Origin: Macrostomum lignano
Lineage: Eukaryota
Reading direction: 5' to 3'
Assembly: GCA_002269645.1 (NCBI GenBank)
Contig: NIVC01001363.1
Span: 124,001-188,000 of the forward strand
Length of the DNA stretch: 64,000 nt
Every line of letters begins with the position of its first letter. The first letter of the stretch is position 1. The notes below the pieces were generated by a model. It was not told the origin of the DNA. It ran no database searches and saw only the letters and a list, made by a program, of their open reading frames with translations. A program made the position numbers and the translations under genes. Below, piece by piece: positions 60,313-64,000 of this stretch.

Positions 60313-60385
60313 TGTGACTGCACTTGGATTCGAGCCTGGGTCGCTGGCACACCAGAGCCTGCGCTACCGCTGGGCTTACGGCTGG
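60313..60385 (-). mobile_element. tRNA-derived SINE head, degenerate
   Basis: A-box-like TAAGCCCAGCGGT and B-box-like GCTCGAATCC on the minus strand. Confidence 0.45.
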
Positions 60386-61176
60386 AGGTTAGGAGCCAAT
60401 AAATAAGCCTTGGCTTTAAAAATACATTAAAATGCTTCTGTTCAACTTACTACTGAGCTGAAAGTAGTTTACATGCAAATGTGCTGAGTGGCCCATCTAG
60501 TTATTGTAGTATATGTGAGTAAGACTAACCTTACAGGGCCTGTACATACATAATTCTAACAGGCGAACCTGCCTCTGTAACATGTACATGGAATCCTTTG
60601 CTTATTCTGTAATGGGAACTTCTGACATCTTATAGACTTTGTTTTTATTCCCACAGCATGGTGAGAAATTAGTGACAGACAAGCAAACGCGGGAATAGAT
60701 CAGAAATTTGATTCACATGGAGCGAAGGCTCGCACAGAACGGCCGCACAGTTTGAAGCACAGTCTGTTTGTATTAGAAAAGATTTTGTAACTAACGATAC
60801 TCATGGCGGATAAGGAAATGCATTCAGCAAACCCTACTTGAAATTACCTTAATAATTGAACAAACTAATTGAGTTAAAATAACACCGGAACATAGATTAG
60901 GTAAACCAACGTAACTACTAGCAGCGAGGGACAGCAGTAGCTAATGATGCATTCGAGTTTTTGCAATGGCTGGACTTGCACAATTTTGGAAACTTAAAAA
61001 ACCAACTGCCATACCGAACAGAGTGACGCAGAAGTTTGTTTAAGGACAGCTACACTAATATGTATATATATAGTAGTAAAACTTATTTCTATCGTACAGA
61101 GTAGTTAGTCCAAGCTTACTGCTGCCAACACAATTGAGGCTTAGTAGGGGATACAGACATACACTAAGATAGGCAA

Positions 61177-61214
61177 TAAGACAGACAGACAGACAGACAG
61201 ACAGGCAGACACTA

Positions 61215-61247
<33 letters not shown>

Positions 61248-61685
61248 GGCAGAAGACAGACAGACAGACAGGCAGAAGACAGACAGACAGACAGGCAGAA
61301 GACAGACAGGCAGAAGACAGACAGACAGACAGGCAGAAGACAGACAGACAGACAGGCAGAAGACAGACAGACAGACACGCAGACAGACAGGCAGGCAGAC
61401 AGACAGGCAGACAGAAGGACAGACAGGCAGAAGACAGACAGACACGCAGACAGGCAGGCAGGCAGGCAGACAGACAGACAGACAGACAGACAGGCAGAAG
61501 ACAGACAGACAGACAGGCAGACAGACAGACAGACAGACAGACAGACAGGCAGAAGACAGACAGGCAGAAGACAGACAGACAGACAGGCAGAAGACAGACA
61601 GACAGACAGGCAGAAGACAGACAGGCAGAAGACAGACAGGCAGACAGGCAGAAGACAGACAGGCAGACAGGCAGAAGACAGACAG
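61177..61685. repeat. (AGAC)n/(AGGC)n compound microsatellite
   Basis: Tetranucleotide-based array directly after the PRPF19 stop. Confidence 0.95.
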
Positions 61686-61689
61686 AGGC

Positions 61690-63867
61690 TCAGTCAGAGC
61701 CGCAGCCGAACACTTTGAGGCTGCGGTCAAGCGAGCAGCTGACAATGGACCGGGCGTTGGTGCCGAAGCGCAGTCCAGTGACGGCGGCGGTGTGGTTGTC
61801 CAGCATGCAGAGCTCGTTGAACTGCTTGGTGTGGTACAGCCGGATGTCGCCGCCGCCAGCGGCCAGGTAAGTGCCGGAGTGATCGAAGGCCAGGGCCCTG
61901 GCGTGAGAGCTGGCCGGGCCGGAAGGCTGGCCGGATTCGGAGCCGCCCAGCTGCAGCACCTTGAAGTTCTTGAGCTTGCGCAGATCCCACAGCCGGACTG
62001 TGGAGTCCTCGGCGGCCGTGGCCAGGTAATAGCCGTTCTCAGAGAAGGCAAGCGCCGTCAACGGGGCGGTGTGCTGCTCAAAGTTCGTTAAGAACTTTTG
62101 CTCGCGAAGGTCCCACATTTTGACCTTGAAATTGGAATTCGTATAAGATAATTGTATTATTCATAACCGTGGGGTCTGATCAAGCCGAGTGGAGACAGAT
62201 TAGAGATGGGAGGGGAATGCAGACACAGAGTAGAGATGGGAGGGGAGTGCAGACACAGATTAGAGATGGGAGGGGAGTGCAGACACAGATTAGAGATGGG
62301 AGGGGAGTGCAGACACAGATTAGAGATAGGAGGGGAATGCAGACACAGATTAGAGATGGGAGGGGAATGCAGACACAGATTAGAGATGGGAGGGGAATGC
62401 AGACACAGATTAGAGATGGGAGGGGAATGCAGACACAGATTAGAGATGGGAGGGGAATGCAGACACAGATTAGAGATGGGAGGGGAATGCAGACACAGAT
62501 TAGAGATGGGAGGGGAATGCAGACACAGATTAGAGATGGGAGGGGAGTGCAGACACAGATTAGAGATGGGAGGGGAGTGCAGACACAGATTAGAGATGGG
62601 AGGGGAATGCAGACACAGATTAGAGATGGGAGGGGAGTGCAGACACAGATTAGAGATGGGAGGGGAGTGCAGACACAGATTAGAGATGGGAGGGGAGTGC
62701 AGACACAGATTAGAGATGGGAGGGGAGTGCAGACACAGATTAGAGATGGGAGGGGAATGCAGACACAGATTAGAGATGGGAGGGGAATGCAGACACAGAT
62801 TAGAGATGGGAGGGGAGTGCAGACACAGATTAGAGATGGGAGGGGAATGCAGACACAGATTAGAGATGGGAGGGGAATGCAGACACAGATTAGAGATGGG
62901 AGGGGAGTGCAGACACAGATTAGAGATGGGAGGGGAATGCAGACACAGATTAGAGATGGGAGGGGAATGCAGACACAGATTAGAGATGGGAGGGGAGTGC
63001 AGACACAGATTAGAGATGGGAGGGGAATGCAGACGCACAGAGCGGAGGGGAGGGGAATTCAGACACACAGAGCGGAGGGGAGGGGAATGCAGACACACAG
63101 AGCGGAGGGGAGGGGAATGCAGACACACAGAGCGGAGGGGAGGGGAATTCAGACACACAGAGCGGAGGGGAGGGGAATGCAGACACACAGAGCGGAGGGG
63201 AGGGGAATGCAGACACACAGAGCGGAGACGGGAGGGGAATGCAGACACACAGAGCGGAGGGGAGGGGAATGCAGACACACAGAGCGGAGGGGAGGGGAAT
63301 TCAGACACACAGAGCGGAGGGGAGGGGAATGCAGACACACAGAGCGGAGGGGAGGGGAATGCAGACACACAGAGCGGAGACGGGAGGGGAATGCAGACAC
63401 ACAGAGCGGAGGGGAGGGGAATGCAGACACACAGAGCGGAGACGGGAGGGGAATGCAGACACACAGAGCGGAGGGGAGGGGAATGCAGACACACAGAGCG
63501 GAGGGGAGGGGAATGCAGACACACAGAGCGGAGGGGAGGGGAATGCAGACACACAGAGCGGAGGGGAGGGGATTGCAGGCCAACAACACTAGCGGATCAG
63601 TGCCTGCAACGCCCCTAATGGAATGGAACAATCAGATCCAATAAGACGCACCTGCGCATCCTGGGTGCCGGTGGCGGCAATCATGCCGTCCGGATGCAGC
63701 TGGGCGCAGGTGAGCGGCTGCTGTCCGGCCGGATCGGCCACTCGGACCAGCAGGCGGCCGGCGCGGATGTCGGCAAATGCCCAGGTGCCGTCGCGCGAGC
63801 CGGACAGCAGGAAGTCGCCAGTCGGATGAACGGAGAGGGCGGTGACGGCGTCCTCGTGGGCGCGCAG
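61690..63867 (-). CDS. PRPF19: Pre-mRNA processing factor 19, last two exons (63867-63652, 62124-61690); gene continues beyond the window
   Basis: WD40 repeats AHEDAVTALSVHPTGDFLLS, FSENGYYLATAAEDSTVRLWDLRKLKNFK and FDHSGTYLA; phase-0 GT-AG intron. Confidence 0.95.
62190..63575. repeat. 30-bp minisatellite (two sub-variants) filling the PRPF19 intron
   Basis: AGACACAGATTAGAGATGGGAGGGGAATGC, then AGACACACAGAGCGGAGGGGAGGGGAATGC. Confidence 0.96.
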
Positions 63868-64000
63868 CTGGAATTAGGCGGGGAAATTGAAGGTAAAAAA
63901 TGCACACGCGAGACAAGTGATTAATGCATATGCATTTGGCATAGAGGCAATGATGATCAGGGAGAAAATAGCAGCCGACAGCTCAGCCGCAGCTATTGCG

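Overview
Eukaryotic (animal, invertebrate) genomic DNA with AT-rich introns and intergenic DNA, GC-rich exons and many minisatellites; the style suggests a free-living flatworm such as Macrostomum, but that is inference. Host genes: VKORC1-like (3 exons), F-box/LRR, TLCD1/2-like (4 exons), a RING-type gene, COX19, the 3' exons of PRPF19, an unidentified membrane-protein gene, and two inverted copies of an 80-aa secreted prepro-peptide resembling a cationic antimicrobial peptide precursor. Mobile elements: a young Ty3/Gypsy LTR element (631-bp LTRs, CTGA TSD, tRNA-Gln PBS) with an apparent cold-shock domain between the Gag zinc knuckle and the protease; an 8.7-kb CACTA/EnSpm-type DNA transposon with an intact transposase ORF and a 5-exon BEN-like gene; two decayed mariners; a decayed piggyBac; a CAAGGAC-terminated MITE family with 8-bp TSDs, including a 48-bp hairpin member; SINEs and LINE remnants. 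No CRISPR array, rRNA or true tRNA gene was found. All domain calls are by eye, without database searches.
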